Shown here: piece by piece, positions 34,901-46,476 of the stretch | How positions within the stretch are numbered: the first letter of the stretch is position 1 | Layout: the number at the start of each line of letters is the position of its first letter | DNA from: Oscarella lobularis | Taxonomy: Eukaryota | NCBI RefSeq assembly: GCF_947507565.1 | Contig: NC_089192.1 | Span: 1,046,690-1,110,689, forward strand | Direction of reading: 5' to 3' | Length of the DNA: 64,000 bases | Notes under the pieces: model-generated | What the model saw: only the letters and a program-made list of their open reading frames with translations | Databases searched by the model: none | What the model was told of the DNA's origin: nothing | Position numbers and translations under genes: made by a program

Positions 34901-37900
34901 AGAATTCAAATTCTAAAAAATAAATAAATAAACAAATCGCCTAATAGGACAAAAGAGGGCATAGCCTCTTAATTGAAAAATATTATTCCCTCTACAGGAC
35001 GTGGACAAGACTGTACTCACTTTGGATTTTATTTCTTCGAGAACGGACTCCATATTCTGCAGTATAGTGCCGTCCTTGAGAACGACCGACATGTGCTGGC
35101 CGTCCGCACCGAACGCTCGAAATTCGCATTCTTCGCACGAAAACTTGCACATCAAGCCAAGCAACAGACTCACTTCCAAAACCTAGAAAAAATCAATTAT
35201 TAATTTTAATTAATTAAATCGCGTTCTTCTCGTACCGTTCTTGGCTTTCCCAATCCTCTAGCCGACGTGCACGGACGTTCCATTTTCGATCCAACATTGC
35301 ACAAGAGTAGAGTTCGGCCTGATATTGGCTTCACGTTGTGCAGCGTGGCAATTTTTACAGACGTATCCAAAGCGCGTCGATATCGTTCGATAATCGACAA
35401 ATCGATTCGTTCAGCTCTGAGAAGAAACTAGATACACGAAAGGCCAAAAAAACGAGGACGCCATCATTACTTTTCTGCCAATTTCTTTGCTCTCCTTTTG
35501 GCTGCTATTTCTGCCATTGCATTTTTTTCGTTCGTTTTTCCTCTTGCTCTCGGTTTCGAAGTAGGAACAGCAACTGAGAAACAGTATGGATTTCAAATTC
35601 ATCTGTAAAGGTTATGCCTAGTGTACCGACCTCCTTCGATTGCCAACTTCTCGAGTTGACCCAGTACTTCGAACGCGGAAAAGAAGCGGAAGGGAAACTG
35701 GCGACTATTCACCACAGCACGCTATAAAAATGAAAAGAATCAGAAGAGCAATATAACAAAGACTATCAATTATACTTCATCAGCAAGTTTCTTCAGTATT
35801 ATGCTGTGATGCTTTGATGATATTCCCGCGAGAATGAGATTGCGCAGATTGCGCAGCATGGCCATAAAGGGCAGCTTGCGATGATCGATCAGATCCTGCC
35901 ACGTTGACGCGTGATTTCCCTTCAACGAGACTTGAGTCTCCCACGTTTCAGGCATGGCCAACTTCATGCGTTTACCGGCTAATTCCTATAAACGAGAAAA
36001 AGAAATGAATACATAGTACGAACAGGGTTCTGCCGAGAATTTGTTAAGTGTGGGAAGAGGGTCTGGAGACATAGACGTGTATACTATATACTGTATGCTG
36101 TAAGCAATACCCCAAGAAAAGAGGCGTAGTTGCCTATTAAAAATCAATAGAAAAGGCTTCTTTGCTTATGAAATCTGAAAGGCTTGCGTATAAGACGTCT
36201 ATATTCGTGGATTGGGCGAAGGGGCCCCTTTTGGGGGTAAAAGCGTAGAGACACGTCTTTTGACCGCCACGAGCTCAAAAACGCGACTTTCTGCGTAAGA
36301 AAACTTAAAAAAATTGAAAAAAAAAACATCGACACTTGACACAAACCCCGCGGAAGACGGTGCTATGGAGGTTTATCCGGTGACAGAGGTGACAACGTTT
36401 TACAGTAGTAGTATGGGAGGGAGAGAGGGTCGGGGTCGGGCAGAACCCTGTACAAAAAGCCAAAAAAAATTTCTCACCGAATTCCACGTTCCGGGTAGTT
36501 TGGACAGGTAAAAGGAGTCGAGATTGGCGGGATACTTCTTTCCGATGAGCGACATGACGTGGTCCACCGGCGCGGTAATGTGAAGCTTTCGGATGAGCTG
36601 TTTCAGCGTGAACGTAAGTCGAGCGAGCTCCTCCTCGTCCTCCTTGTCGTCGTCGTCGTCGTCGCTCGTTTCCACGTCAGAAGCAGAGGACTGAACAAAA
36701 AAACAACAACAGTATTAGAGATTGTCTAATAAAAATGACCACGTACTACAGTGCCTCCCAGATTACTATATTTCTGTTCGTCACTTTCTTCGGCATATGT
36801 TTTACCTCTTCCTCTTCTTCCTTGCCTTTCTTCTTCTTTTTCTTCGTCGCGGGGCCCTTCTTTTTCTTCGTCTTGTTGTATTTCGCTACAGTCAAATGAA
36901 GGAAAGAGTCTATGACGTAGTCAGAACGGAGTGTCCTCACCGAGTTGATAGGAATCGAACTGAGGAAACTTGGCGACCATTGCTTTACGCAAAGCAACTG
37001 GAAGCGACCCAGAAATCAAAGATTTGTCCTGAAAAGCCTACAAGTACACAGCCAATGTATTTCTATAAATCAATAAGATATTGGGATATAACCTGATACA
37101 TTTCTGCTACGTCTATCCAATCAGAAGGAAGCCGGATACTTGCAGAGAAATACTTCTTGATGTAAGGCCGACACGTGTGACAGTTGGCGGCTACGGCCAA
37201 AAGAAAATTGGCCACACTTCGAATGTTCAACTCACAGCGAGCATAGAGCGCAACCTCAACAAAAAAATTAAAAAATGAATTATCTCCGAGGATGTTATTT
37301 AATTAAAAGGTACTTTGAGAATGAATTCAGGATCGAGAAGAGATATCTGTCTGCACGTCTCGAGTATCACAGAAAGCGTCGGGTCAGACGGATTGCGAAA
37401 GTTGGGCAACTGCAGCAAGGAGGTAGCAACGCAATTCAGAAGAAGAGTCTAAAGAAAAATACACTAGCTATTCTGATGTGAAGCCTATGTACATATATCT
37501 TCTACGAGTACCTTATTAGCAGCAAGGGCAACAGAACGCTGCTTTCCTCGTCTCTCTTCCTCCGTCGGAAAATTCATAGAGGCGAGTGCGGACTTCACAA
37601 TGTCGAGTGGGCTCTCGTCGACGCTTCCTAAGTCGTATTCGGGCAGACAGAATCCGTCTGTGCTCTCGAGTTCAATTGGTCTCGCTACTGGTGCCGTCTC
37701 GGAGGCCTGCGCGTTGCGCTTCTTCGGTTCGACTAGTTTTCTCCTGATGCTGCTGGTCTCCAAGGAGCTGAAGCCGAGTTTCTGCTTGAGGAGAAGATTC
37801 GTTGCGCGTTTCTGTTCGTGTGACTGAACAGATGAGATGAGCCTCGGGCCCGACGATTTCAGAGGTCGGCTAGATAGTGTCGGTGCTCCCGACGTTAGAG

Positions 37901-38299
37901 GTCGGCTTGACGAGCTGATATTTCCCGACAGTTGCAACGAGGACTGCGTGAGAAGTGGTTTCCCCAAAGGAGGCCCCGTTAGCGAAGTCGAGCTCGGGAG
38001 GCGCGATTTCAAAGTGAACGAAGGCAGAAGTGGTTTAGAATTGCTCTCTCCGGAACGAAGACCCGTTTGAGAGAGAAGGGGTGCAGTTCTTAGAAGAGAG
38101 CTTCCAGCAAGAAGCTTCGGTTTTTCTATTAGTTATTAGATACGTCCATCACAAAACGTTCCCCAGGTTTTCTACTCCTGTTACCCTTTTCCGTAGAGAG
38201 GAGGCGTGCTGGGGGTGGTTTTGCCATCGCCGTCGAAGACTGGCCTGACAAGAGCTTATTTTCGAGACCTATCGAACGCTCTTTGCATTGGGAAGCCAT
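25912..38299 (-). CDS. TEP1: TEP1-like protein (telomerase/vault-associated protein 1 architecture: TEP1 N-terminal repeats, TROVE, vWA-like, DUF4062-like, NACHT P-loop NTPase, about 20 WD40 repeats); at least 35 exons, one ~1.3-kb intron carries a foldback array
   Basis: Exon 1 gives [21 protein letters not shown], joined in frame through a gtaaca..ctaatag intron. TEP1-type N-terminal repeats follow: [82 protein letters not shown]. The TROVE domain gives ..[31 protein letters not shown], matching the TROVE ..MP.TALLRNL.. motif. The vWA-like domain gives [54 protein letters not shown]4062-like domain gives [46 protein letters not shown] and [22 protein letters not shown]. The NACHT domain has Walker [16 protein letters not shown] and Walker [15 protein letters not shown], followed by [25 protein letters not shown]40 repeats run on the minus strand from 31200 to 28000 (..[10 protein letters not shown].., ..[11 protein letters not shown].., ..[10 protein letters not shown].., ..[11 protein letters not shown].., ..[11 protein letters not shown]..). 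A candidate donor aaattgag|gtacaa at about 27935 joins in frame to exons at 26700-25912 ([35 protein letters not shown] ... [11 protein letters not shown], stop 25912). The 3' junction across the repeat-bearing intron is an inference. Confidence 0.7.
26790..27800. repeat. Second array of the foldback/minisatellite family (inverted partial unit, 5 direct ~118-bp units, palindromic spacer, inverted unit)
   Basis: The unit ggaacgccactcgcgcataaaaagta.agtgtagcgatggcgggaacgcccacttttgaggggtaagtgtctc.cactcgttgcgcgcgagcggcgcttgcggttcaggcgcaa repeats from 27090 to 27660. The same spacer, cataataatggcgtggtcaatggcagcgtccgactgctaagggaagatagaattttttcaacctgccattaccacgctattattatg, sits at 27676-27770. Inverted unit fragments lie at 26800-27050 and 27775-27850. 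The array is about 85-90% identical to the array at 1255-2410. Confidence 0.9.
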
Positions 38300-38345
38300 T
38301 GATCAACTTGCAGCGTTAGCTGCAGAAGCAACGAGCTGCTAAAAC
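38205..38345 (+). repeat. Dispersed ~140-bp repeat, copy 1 (its reverse strand provides TEP1 exon 1 including the ATG)
   Basis: The repeat core is ggcctgacaagagcttattttcgagacctatcgaacgctctttgcattgggaagccattgatcaacttgcagcgttagctgcag. The same family in the same orientation occurs at 42040-42185, 45175-45275 and 49160-49290. Confidence 0.7.
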
Positions 38346-39139
38346 AGAGCACAAGAGCACGACAGGAGACAGTGACGCACGCTAGACAAATCGAGCACAG
38401 AACACCAAACGGAAACAGTCAAACAAACAACAAACTGCAGACATGACATCAGCACGTCACCAATGTGGTTCGCTTTTGAGTTTAGCCTGACTTCGATTTA
38501 TCAACGACCGCCACACGCAGTTGCAGAAGATGCAGTCGACTGTAGCTGTAGAATACCTAAGCCAGAGCTATAAATAAATATTTCAATATTCATTTTAGCT
38601 CTGTCCTAAGCTACTAGTAGCTAACGGTCTCCTCCTTTTAGGAGCAATGCCAAATGATGTTTTTATAAAGCTAGCTCCTCCCCCTTGAACTCGATTCTGC
38701 CATTCACGAGATTCTGGAAAAGCTCTTCCTAATCTATCTGTAATTCATTCATAGGCAAACAACACAAAAACAAACAGATCAGAAACATCGACGTCACGCA
38801 AGGACATAGACAAACTCTAAACGAAAAGGTACAGAAAGTCGCCAAGACCGAAAACCGTTCTTCATTACTGGTTATCAATCGTTCCTAAAAGCAAAAGTAA
38901 ATACAAATAAATATACTAAGAAATGACATTACCGCAATGAAATGAAAAAAGATAGTGTTTCTTTGACATGTATTTGATTGAATTGACGCACACCTTGCTT
39001 TTTCCACTAGCAGTGAATTCAATTTGAAACTCGTTGCATTTTCTTTGCTTTCGCAGCTTCAGACAAATTGTACCTCTTTTGGGATCGTTATTCTTAAAGT
39101 TTTTTTTAAAATTCTTCCTTTTGTTCTTGCCAAGTTTAA

Positions 39140-39697
39140 TCACAGAACTCTTTCTGTTCTTATTTCCCCAAAAGCACACGACCTTAACGACCAAGTTGTG
39201 AGCGCCTCCGCCCAAATCGTATCCAAATGACAAATATCGTCTAAATTGTTTTTTGAGCCTCTTGGGTGAATTTGCGATGGCAAAGCGCCTTCCTTCCCTA
39301 AAATGTGCACAAAAACGCTTCCTCGCTGTAAATAATAAACCAGTAACTGAAGAAAAAGATATATTAACGGATTACCCAAGTGGTATTGAACGGATCGCCG
39401 ATTCCTTCCTTTCTGGGCAGAGCTGTCGGCATCAGAAACGGACACTCCCGTGTCGGCAAGACACGGAATGCAGACGTCAACCGAGCACGCGTCGCTTTCT
39501 ACCGACTTTTTCTGCTGCAAGGGCGCTATCGATATTCCTTCGTCGTCGTCGTCATCATCGACAACGAGATCGACTGCAAACGAAGCAACGCCGCACGGAT
39601 TGCTCGTAAAACCGCAATCGCCGCTCGAGATCGAATCGTCGCAATCGACTTCGTCGTCGTCGCTGTAGTCATAGTCGTAGTTGTAATCATCGTCGAG

Positions 39698-39731
<34 letters not shown>

Positions 39732-41429
39732 TCGTCGTCGAAATCGCGCTTGACTCGAACCGATTGCTCGGCGTTGACTCCTGCTAAATATTCAACAAAA
39801 GTAATTGATAAATGAATAAAATCTGATTAATTAATTAATTACCTGAACAATTGGATGCCTCATTGACGGACATGGAACTGATTTCCAGTACGTCATTAGA
39901 GTCGGGTGAAACGAAACGCACTAACGTCCGTAGAACGGCGGCGGAAGGTAACAGCGACTCGTTGAAGCACGATTTGACTTCGAGACAGACGAACTTCAAA
40001 TCGACGCGTCCGTCTCCTATGAGCGTGGCGTTGCCGCGAGCAATGATAGCCGAGTCGTTTCGTATAGTCGAGTCGATGTCTGATTCGAGCATTTCCGTTT
40101 CGATGTCTACAGTTTCTACTGTCGGAGACATTCGATAGTTGAATGAAAGAACGGTCGAGCATATGGGAGCGAAGAAGGTCTGAGATCGAACGTAGCTATC
40201 CTGTCGGAGAACAATCGACGGGTCGCTTCCGAGAAGACCAGCAAAGGCGGGAAAAGGTGGAACCTCGACAGTGTCCTCGACCAAATCTTCGACGTAGATA
40301 CAGCTCAATACATATTATATTACCTGTGTGCGTGTGAGGAGACTTACCGCATTGGGGCTCATCGCCGATCCACTCCCCGTTCTCGCAAAGAAGAGTCTGC
40401 GATCCTTGGAGGACGAATCCGAGGTCGCATTCAAATTGAGCGGTGAGACCGCCGTCGCTCAGTGTCACTGTACCGTTTTGAGGGTTCGTTAATGAGCTGC
40501 AGGCTAAATATTTTAGTTGTTATAAGGAAGTCGACAGAGCAAAGTCCGTTCGTGCTTACTCTGTACACACAATGCGTTCACGTCGGTGCTATTGAGCAAC
40601 TGGCAATCCAAAACAGAATAGGTGGAGTCGGCTAGGATGTAGCCGTCGCCACACGAGACATTGAGAAATCGTTTGTCATCGAGGAGCGTGAGAGTGAGCG
40701 GACCAAAAGCAAGGGTGCCGCTAATGGGGCATTCTGAGAAAACATGCAAGTGGCGTTGCTATCCGACCGACGCCCCTAGCTACCGGTAGTTCCGCACCTG
40801 GTGGACACGAATCCGTATTGCACTCTCGACTTTCCGTGTCGCTTCCATCGCAATACTTGCCGCCACGATCGGGCTTGGGATTGTCGCACTGGCGTTGGCG
40901 CGTCGTTCGGCCGCCGCCGCACGATTTCGTGCACGGACTAAAGTCCCCCCACTTACTCCATTCTCCGTCTAAGGCGATCAAAGCCGCTGTACAACTTAGA
41001 CGTCTTACCCTCTATAGAATACCTTTTCTACATTCCGGGATGGATCCTATCCATTCGCCACAGGCGCACGAACGCTCTTTTCGGCCCACTAGCGTGTAGG
41101 TGGGATTGCACGCGTATTCGACTTTGCTTACGCCGACAATCTTCAAACTGCCGTTCCCAGGTTTTTCGGGTTTCGGGCACGTGGATGCTGCAGGCGATAG
41201 TCAGTGCATGAAACGCGACACCATATCGAAAGAGAAAACATTTACGGTCAGACAGCGAGCCGAAGTGTTTCTTCCACCACTTTGACGATACGTCGAATTG
41301 AGATTGAGATGAGACCGAATTGACGAGTAGGAGTGCAGCAACTTGAAGAAGGAACGCAACAAGCTGGGTCATGATGAGGAATGGAAAACGAGCCAAAGCA
41401 GATATGCCCTTTAACCACAATTCGCCCAT
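39140..41429 (-). CDS. Secreted protein with signal peptide, thrombospondin type-1 repeat, Sushi/CCP domain and a long poly-Asp/acidic tract; multi-exon
   Basis: The start gives MGELWLKGISALARFPFLIMTQLVAFLLQVAALLLVNSVSSQS, a hydrophobic signal; the alternative start is M at 41372. The TSP1 repeat gives WSKWGDFSPCTKSCGGGRTTRQRQCDNP..GGKYCDGSDTESRECNTDSCP. The Sushi domain gives CDLGFVLQGSQTLLCENGEWIGDEPQC, plus LNVSCGDGYILADSTYSVLDC. An acidic exon at about 39560-39760 encodes runs of 15 or more Asp, DYNYDYDYSDDDDE. The final ORF is 39140..39520. Confidence 0.7.
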
Positions 41430-42039
41430 GCAAAAACGACTTCCTTCGCTATGTCAACAATTAGGACCCTGAGGTGCATTTTTTCACACAACACATTACC
41501 TGCACGCGTCCTCGCTATCAACGACTTCTATATACATGTACATACAGCATACAGTATCTACATCGGGGGTTTCTCTCGCCGATTCTTATGTACCTTCTTT
41601 GAAGATGCTAGAAGAGGTCTTTGCTCAAACTGCGTGGCTTCTAATTGTGCCAGTGACGTCAGACACGATCTGTGGGCTTCTGCGAGATCAAACATGGAGT
41701 TGAGTCTCCGCGATGAAGTCATCTAAATGACATTCCGCTTGAGTACTGGACGAAATGCGGGCCAGCGACGCTCTCAACTTCGAATCCGTCTCCCAGAGCG
41801 TGCACGCGGCCATGCAAACGCTTTTCGCGTTATATATGTCTCCTGTCGCTCTTCGAGTTAGCGGATCTCGAGTTAGCGGATCTCGAACGTCCTTTATTGC
41901 TGCTCCGAGTCTTGTACGGCAATCCGTATCCCGGACCTCCTCCAAACTTGCGTTAGAGTGCTTTGGTTTTGGACAGAAGGGGTCCCGAATGGTCATGCAG
42001 GGCCCTGCCGGCCCTGCCATGGTTTGTACGTGCTCGCGT

Positions 42040-42185
42040 TGACCATAAGGCGCGCTGGGGATGGTTTCGTCAACGCCGTCAACTGGCCTGACAAGAGCTT
42101 TTAATTTTCGAGACCTTACCGAACGCTCTTTGCAATGCGAAGCCATTGATCAACGTGCAGCGTTAGCTGCAGAATTAAGCCCAAG
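42040..42185 (+). repeat. Dispersed ~140-bp repeat, copy 2 (about 460 bp upstream of the cathepsin B-like 1 ATG)
   Basis: The copy reads ..gtcaactggcctgacaagagcttttaattttcgagaccttaccgaacgctctttgcaatgcgaagccattgatcaacgtgcagcgttagctgcag. Its reverse strand retains ATGGCTTCGCATTGCAAAGAGCGTTCG, but with a different downstream frame from the TEP1 copy. Confidence 0.7.
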
Positions 42186-42644
42186 TAACGAGCTACTAAA
42201 ACAGAGCGCACGAGAAAGAAAAAAAACTTGGCAGTTTGCCCCTGGCTGGTCCATGATGTAATAGCTATAAGCCCTACTGTGAGATGATACATGCTAAATT
42301 TGCAGCTAAATTAGACCATAAAAGGTCATTTTAGCATCTGATTTTCTGAAAAGGGCGAAGTACCTAGAAATTTGTAATTTGATTAGACAATCAGCAGAGG
42401 GCATCTGTCCATTATAAGCAAGAAGGCAGTCAAAAAATGCGTTTTCATCAAACGGCTTCATAATCGGTCGCTCTATCTGTGTGCTCTTTTGTGCCATCAT
42501 CAAGCTTAGCATTCGCTGGCCGAGATTTAGCGCATGTCCCAAAAGGCACGCCTCCCAGCTCCGCATCCCTGGGAAATGCTAATTGGCTGTGGGGTAAACA
42601 CCGACAGTCATAACAAAACTGGCGCATTTTTGAGACGACGAGTC

Positions 42645-43982
42645 ATGCACGTCGTTCAACATTTGCTCAGCGTCGTCACTCTGTTACTCATAACAATCTG
42701 CACAGGTGCGGCACGAGACAATCCCCACCGAAAGTCGGCTTATCTGCAGTCCATTGCTAAACGAGTCAATAGCGACGCTGAATCGACGTGGCATGCGTCC
42801 AAGACCCTTGCCGGCATCGAATCTCAAAACGCAGATCTTCTACGCCAAGAACGCGACGCCCCAGCTTCCGTAGACTGGAGCACCAGCGGGCTCCTTCGCC
42901 CCGTTGACGACCAAGGCACCTGCGGATCGTGCTGGGCATTCGCTTCAGCGCACGCCTTCGACGACTATCGTTCGCTTCAAGCCAAAGCACAGCAAACTGC
43001 GACGTCCGTTCATCGAATTACCGCCTGTTGCGAGTATTCAGGCTGCAACGGCTGTGACGGCGGTCAACCAGGGAGCGGTTTTGTTTTTCTAAAGGAAGAA
43101 GGAACGGTGCCTCATGCGTGCGAACGGTACGACATACGAACCTTACTTCTAAACCCGACATGCCCTAGATTCTGTGACGACGGATCAACCGAGATCACGC
43201 CTGCGCTCAGGTCACAGTACAAATTGAGTGACTTCAGTTCCGTAAATCCACTCACAGTAGCAAAGATGAAAGAAGCGCTGGCATTGGGCCCACTTGTGGC
43301 TGTCTTAATCGTGTACTCTGACTTCATGACCTACTCGAAAGGCATCTATCGTTACAAGAGAGGTAATTGCGAAGGCGGTCATCTTATTGAGGTAGTTGGC
43401 TATGGCAGCGAAGATGGCGAGGACTATTGGATATGTAAGAACAGCTGGGGAATTCGCTGGGGCGAAAAGGGCTTTTTCAGAATCGCCGCAGGAGTTGAGA
43501 AAGAACACGGAATAGAGCAAATCGCCCTTGCTCCGTTCCCCATTGCAGGTAGCACGACTTCCTTTCAAGAATCCTCTGGCTTTCTTCTTGGCGTTAATGA
43601 GCACAGAGAAACTGACGATGCAATAGTACTTGAAGCAGCCAACTTTGGAGCATATGAACTCAATCCATTTTGCCCAGGAAAAGACATCGATCGTACAGTA
43701 ATTCGTAATCTGACCCTTATCAAGGTGAACAGAGCATCCCGTAAGATCGTAAGCGGAGTGCAGATTACTTTAACCGCTACTTACCAAGAACAAGGATGTC
43801 CTGTGCAGACGAACTATGAGTTGGTCGTTGTTATGAGTACTGAAGGCGAGTACAGTCTTCTTCGGTCACGGTTTGTACCGTCCGAGAATTCAGCAGCTTC
43901 TCGTTGCAATGTGAATTGGTTGATGACTTTGCTTCTTCTGTTTGGAGTTGCAGAAATTCTTTGGAATGGCGGTGGTGACTGA
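42645..43982 (+). CDS. Cathepsin B-like papain-family cysteine protease 1; intronless, with signal peptide, ~150-aa C-terminal cystatin-like extension and a hydrophobic C-terminal tail
   Basis: The ORF starts MHVVQHLLSVVTLLLITICTGAA, a signal peptide. The active-site Cys lies in QGTCGSCWAFASAHAFDD. The occluding-loop region gives CCEYSGCNGCDGG. The His/Asn region gives [40 protein letters not shown], which has cathepsin B character. The C-terminal extension, ..EAANFGAYELNPF..NRASRKIVSGVQITLTATYQEQGCP.., resembles the cystatin pattern F..EYN...QVVAG.NY. The protein ends in a hydrophobic tail NWLMTLLLLFGVAEILWNGGGD*. The upstream in-frame ATG at 42534 is not conserved in paralog 2. Confidence 0.85.
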   Translation: MHVVQHLLSVVTLLLITICTGAARDNPHRKSAYLQSIAKRVNSDAESTWHASKTLAGIESQNADLLRQERDAPASVDWSTSGLLRPVDDQGTCGSCWAFASAHAFDDYRSLQAKAQQTATSVHRITACCEYSGCNGCDGGQPGSGFVFLKEEGTVPHACERYDIRTLLLNPTCPRFCDDGSTEITPALRSQYKLSDFSSVNPLTVAKMKEALALGPLVAVLIVYSDFMTYSKGIYRYKRGNCEGGHLIEVVGYGSEDGEDYWICKNSWGIRWGEKGFFRIAAGVEKEHGIEQIALAPFPIAGSTTSFQESSGFLLGVNEHRETDDAIVLEAANFGAYELNPFCPGKDIDRTVIRNLTLIKVNRASRKIVSGVQITLTATYQEQGCPVQTNYELVVVMSTEGEYSLLRSRFVPSENSAASRCNVNWLMTLLLLFGVAEILWNGGGD

Positions 43983-44369
43983 TGGGTGCACAAGCCTTGA
44001 ACCTGATAGAAATTGCTGCTGTTTTGGTGATGTTTTGCTGCTGTTGTGTTGCTTAGTTTGATCTATGGTTTGAGTGTCACGGTAAATGTGCTGTTTTGTT
44101 TGTCTTTTTCTTCTGAGAATTGGTGGATGGCTCCGGCATTATATTTCAAGCAGCTGTCCCAGATATCTCATCGTGCATTGATTGAATGCTTCTCGAACAG
44201 CCTCACCCTAGAGTAGGCTTCTAATTGTGCCAGTGGCGTCAGACACGATCCGTGTGTTTTTAAGGCTTCTTCCATTTCTGCGAAATCAAACAGGGTCATT
44301 GGAGTTGAGTCTGTCAACAGAGCACGACCCAACTGCATGATTCAACCATGATTCAGAGTACATGTACTG

Positions 44370-44945
44370 AGTCGGCTATGGTAGTCAAAACGGCGAGGAT
44401 TATTGGATATGTAAGATATGTAAGAACAGCTGGGGAAGCCAGTGGGGCGAAAACGGCTTTTCCAGAATCGCCGCAGGAGTCGAGAAAGAACACGGCATAG
44501 AGCGAATCGCTCTTGCTCCGTTCTCCAGGTGGCACGACTCACTCTCAAGAGTCCTCCGGATTTCTTCTCGGGGTTAATGAGCACAGCGACACGGATGATG
44601 ATGCCACAGTACTCGAAGCAGCCAACTTTGGAGCGTACGAACTCAATCCGTTGTCCGGGAAAAGACGGCGACCGAATAATAGGACCCTAATCAAAGCGAA
44701 CAAAGCATCTCGTAAGATTGTCAGTGGAGCGCAGATCAAACTGACGGCTTCGTATCAAGAACAAGGGTGTCTTGAGCAGAAGAGCTACGAGTTCGTCGTC
44801 GTCATGAATACCTATGGCGAGTGTACAGTCTTATTCAGTCAAGGTACGTACCGCCAGAGAATGTGGAAGGCACTTCAGCAGGTTCTCGTCACACTGCGAA
44901 TTGGCTGTTGATTCTGCTACTTCTGCTTGGAGTCGCGATTCTTTA
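44370..44945 (+). pseudogene. Truncated cathepsin B-like pseudogene (3' third only, frameshifted)
   Basis: The fragment gives ..[51 protein letters not shown], a frameshift, then [14 protein letters not shown].., and [73 protein letters not shown]. There is no 5' catalytic Cys region. Confidence 0.75.
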
Positions 44946-45174
44946 TAGCGGCGGTTGCGACTGACGGGTGAAGACTCGAGCATCAGACAGAAAGTGCTGC
45001 TGTTGTTGCATAGGTGTCATAGTAAATGATGCGCTGCTGCTTCTGCTCCTTCTGCTCCTGCTCTAGTCTACTGCTTTTTTTGTCTTGTCTTTCTTCTCTG
45101 CCACTGCAATTACAAAAATAACGTTGGCAGTCTGACAATAGATACGTCTATAACGAAACGCTCACCAAACCTTT

Positions 45175-45275
45175 TTCTGGCGAGAAGAGGGTGCCGGGGT
45201 TTTTTGCCGGTTGGCCCGGAACGTGTTTTTTCCCGAACGCTCTTTGCCATGCAGCTAACGCTGCAGTGACAGCTA
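45175..45275 (+). repeat. Dispersed ~140-bp repeat, copy 3 (partial)
   Basis: The copy reads ..ggttggcccggaacgtgttttttcccgaacgctctttgccatgcagctaacgctgcag. Confidence 0.6.
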
Positions 45276-46467
45276 GCCAGAGGAAGAAAGAGTTACACAA
45301 GAAACGGTAACGCACGCTAACATATAAAAGGTGCGCACAAAACATCGCAAAAAACAGAAGGACAGCACTTCAAATAACTTGTCATCAGCCGGCATGCAAT
45401 TTTCTCAGTTGGTTTGCTTTGAACTGAGCTTGAATTTGATTTATCCGAATTCGGTTCCTGATAATGGTTTCGCGGCTTTTACGGAACTACACAAATTTAT
45501 CTCCGTGACGGTGTGCGTGTGTGTGCGTGAAATTGCTGCATTTGAATTCGCCCTTGCCCAATTCTAACACTGCCACAGTCACAGAAGACGTAGTAGTCGT
45601 ACCTGCACAAGCTTCCCTATGCTAAAACTGTTGCTGTAGGAAAGAGCTGCCACAAGAAGGTGATCTGTCGCATACCGAATCTTTCCCCGCGCTCGCGCAA
45701 TATACTCCCCGGTTAATTCTCTCTCCTATAATCACCTTCAAGTTCTGTCGATTGCGGTTCATCGACAACGGGTTAAAATTCGGTCATTTCCTACTGCAGT
45801 GTTTTCAAGTATCGCAACATTCCAATCTCGGGGATTGGACGGTATACGCTTAATTTGATAAACGCTGATTGGCGAGCCGCTCTTGCTCATTAGCGTAGTG
45901 GGACACCGTTATATACGGGTGTTCTTGAGAGGGTACTTGTTCATCGCGCATCTTTCCTGTCCTTCTTTTGGCCCGGCGCTTTGTCGTCTTGAAGAATTCT
46001 GCTTTTGACGAGAACATTTCAGGTAAGATCGCATCATTGACTAATCTCGACTCGAGATAATCCGACTCAGTGGCGTGTCGTTTCAATTTCTACAAACCGT
46101 AGTGTCGACTAGACCGAGCTTATTATGCACCTCGCTTTCAACACGCTCGGGTTAGCTACCGCGCGTACAGTAGGTACATAGGACGGTTCATTTCGCGATT
46201 CATTGGGCTTCTAGTTAGCGGTTCACAGCTCTCCCACAAAATATAATTAATTAATTAATACACGGAAGAGGCCTTTTGAGGTACATAAGTGGCCAGGGAA
46301 AGTCAGCGAGAAAATAAAAACCGCGAAATTCTAAAATCACGAAATCCGCGAAAATTGTCACCCGCACCTAAATGGTATTGGCCATTGCTCGCGCGGAAAA
46401 ACGAGACTACCAGTATCTGCATCATGATCGGGTTTGGGGCACCCGGACGTTTCCCCATTTACGTCAG

Positions 46468-46476
46468 ATCTATATA
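46468..46476 (+). promoter_or_regulatory. TATA box (ctatatagc) about 100 bp upstream of the small Cys-rich ORF
   Basis: The sequence agatctatatagcgtacag lies in an AT-rich stretch 97 bp 5' of the ATG at 46573. A possible short 5'UTR intron, gtcttttaatttatttag, lies in between. Confidence 0.35.

Noticed and set aside
34290-35180. Sirtuin (SIR2)-like motif pair (LDGATSAG..about 60 aa..VENIDKAH, resembling GAGIS..TQNIDxLH) N-terminal to the NACHT domain. Together with the DUF4062-like and NACHT domains this briefly suggested a prokaryote-style SIR2-STAND immune protein.
   Set aside because: A clear TROVE domain (..[14 protein letters not shown]..) lies just upstream, and the segment fits the vWA-like C-terminal half of the TROVE module seen in Ro60/TEP1 (hhhhD..S, ..FS/VDLSG.., GG(T/G) motif). 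There is no sirtuin HG or Zn-ribbon. The TEP1 architecture explains everything.
39380-39787. ORFs encoding poly-Val, poly-Thr and poly-Ser on the plus strand (MVLNGS..VVVVVVVV, ..TTTTTTTT..).
   Set aside because: They are antisense or alternate-frame readings of the GAC/GAT (poly-Asp) codon run of the minus-strand TSP1/Sushi gene.
42534-42644. An upstream in-frame ATG that would extend cathepsin B-like 1 by 37 aa (MSQKARLPAPHPWEM..).
   Set aside because: The homologous ATG upstream of paralog 2 is out of frame and hits a stop. The conserved start is MHVVQHLL, followed directly by the signal peptide.
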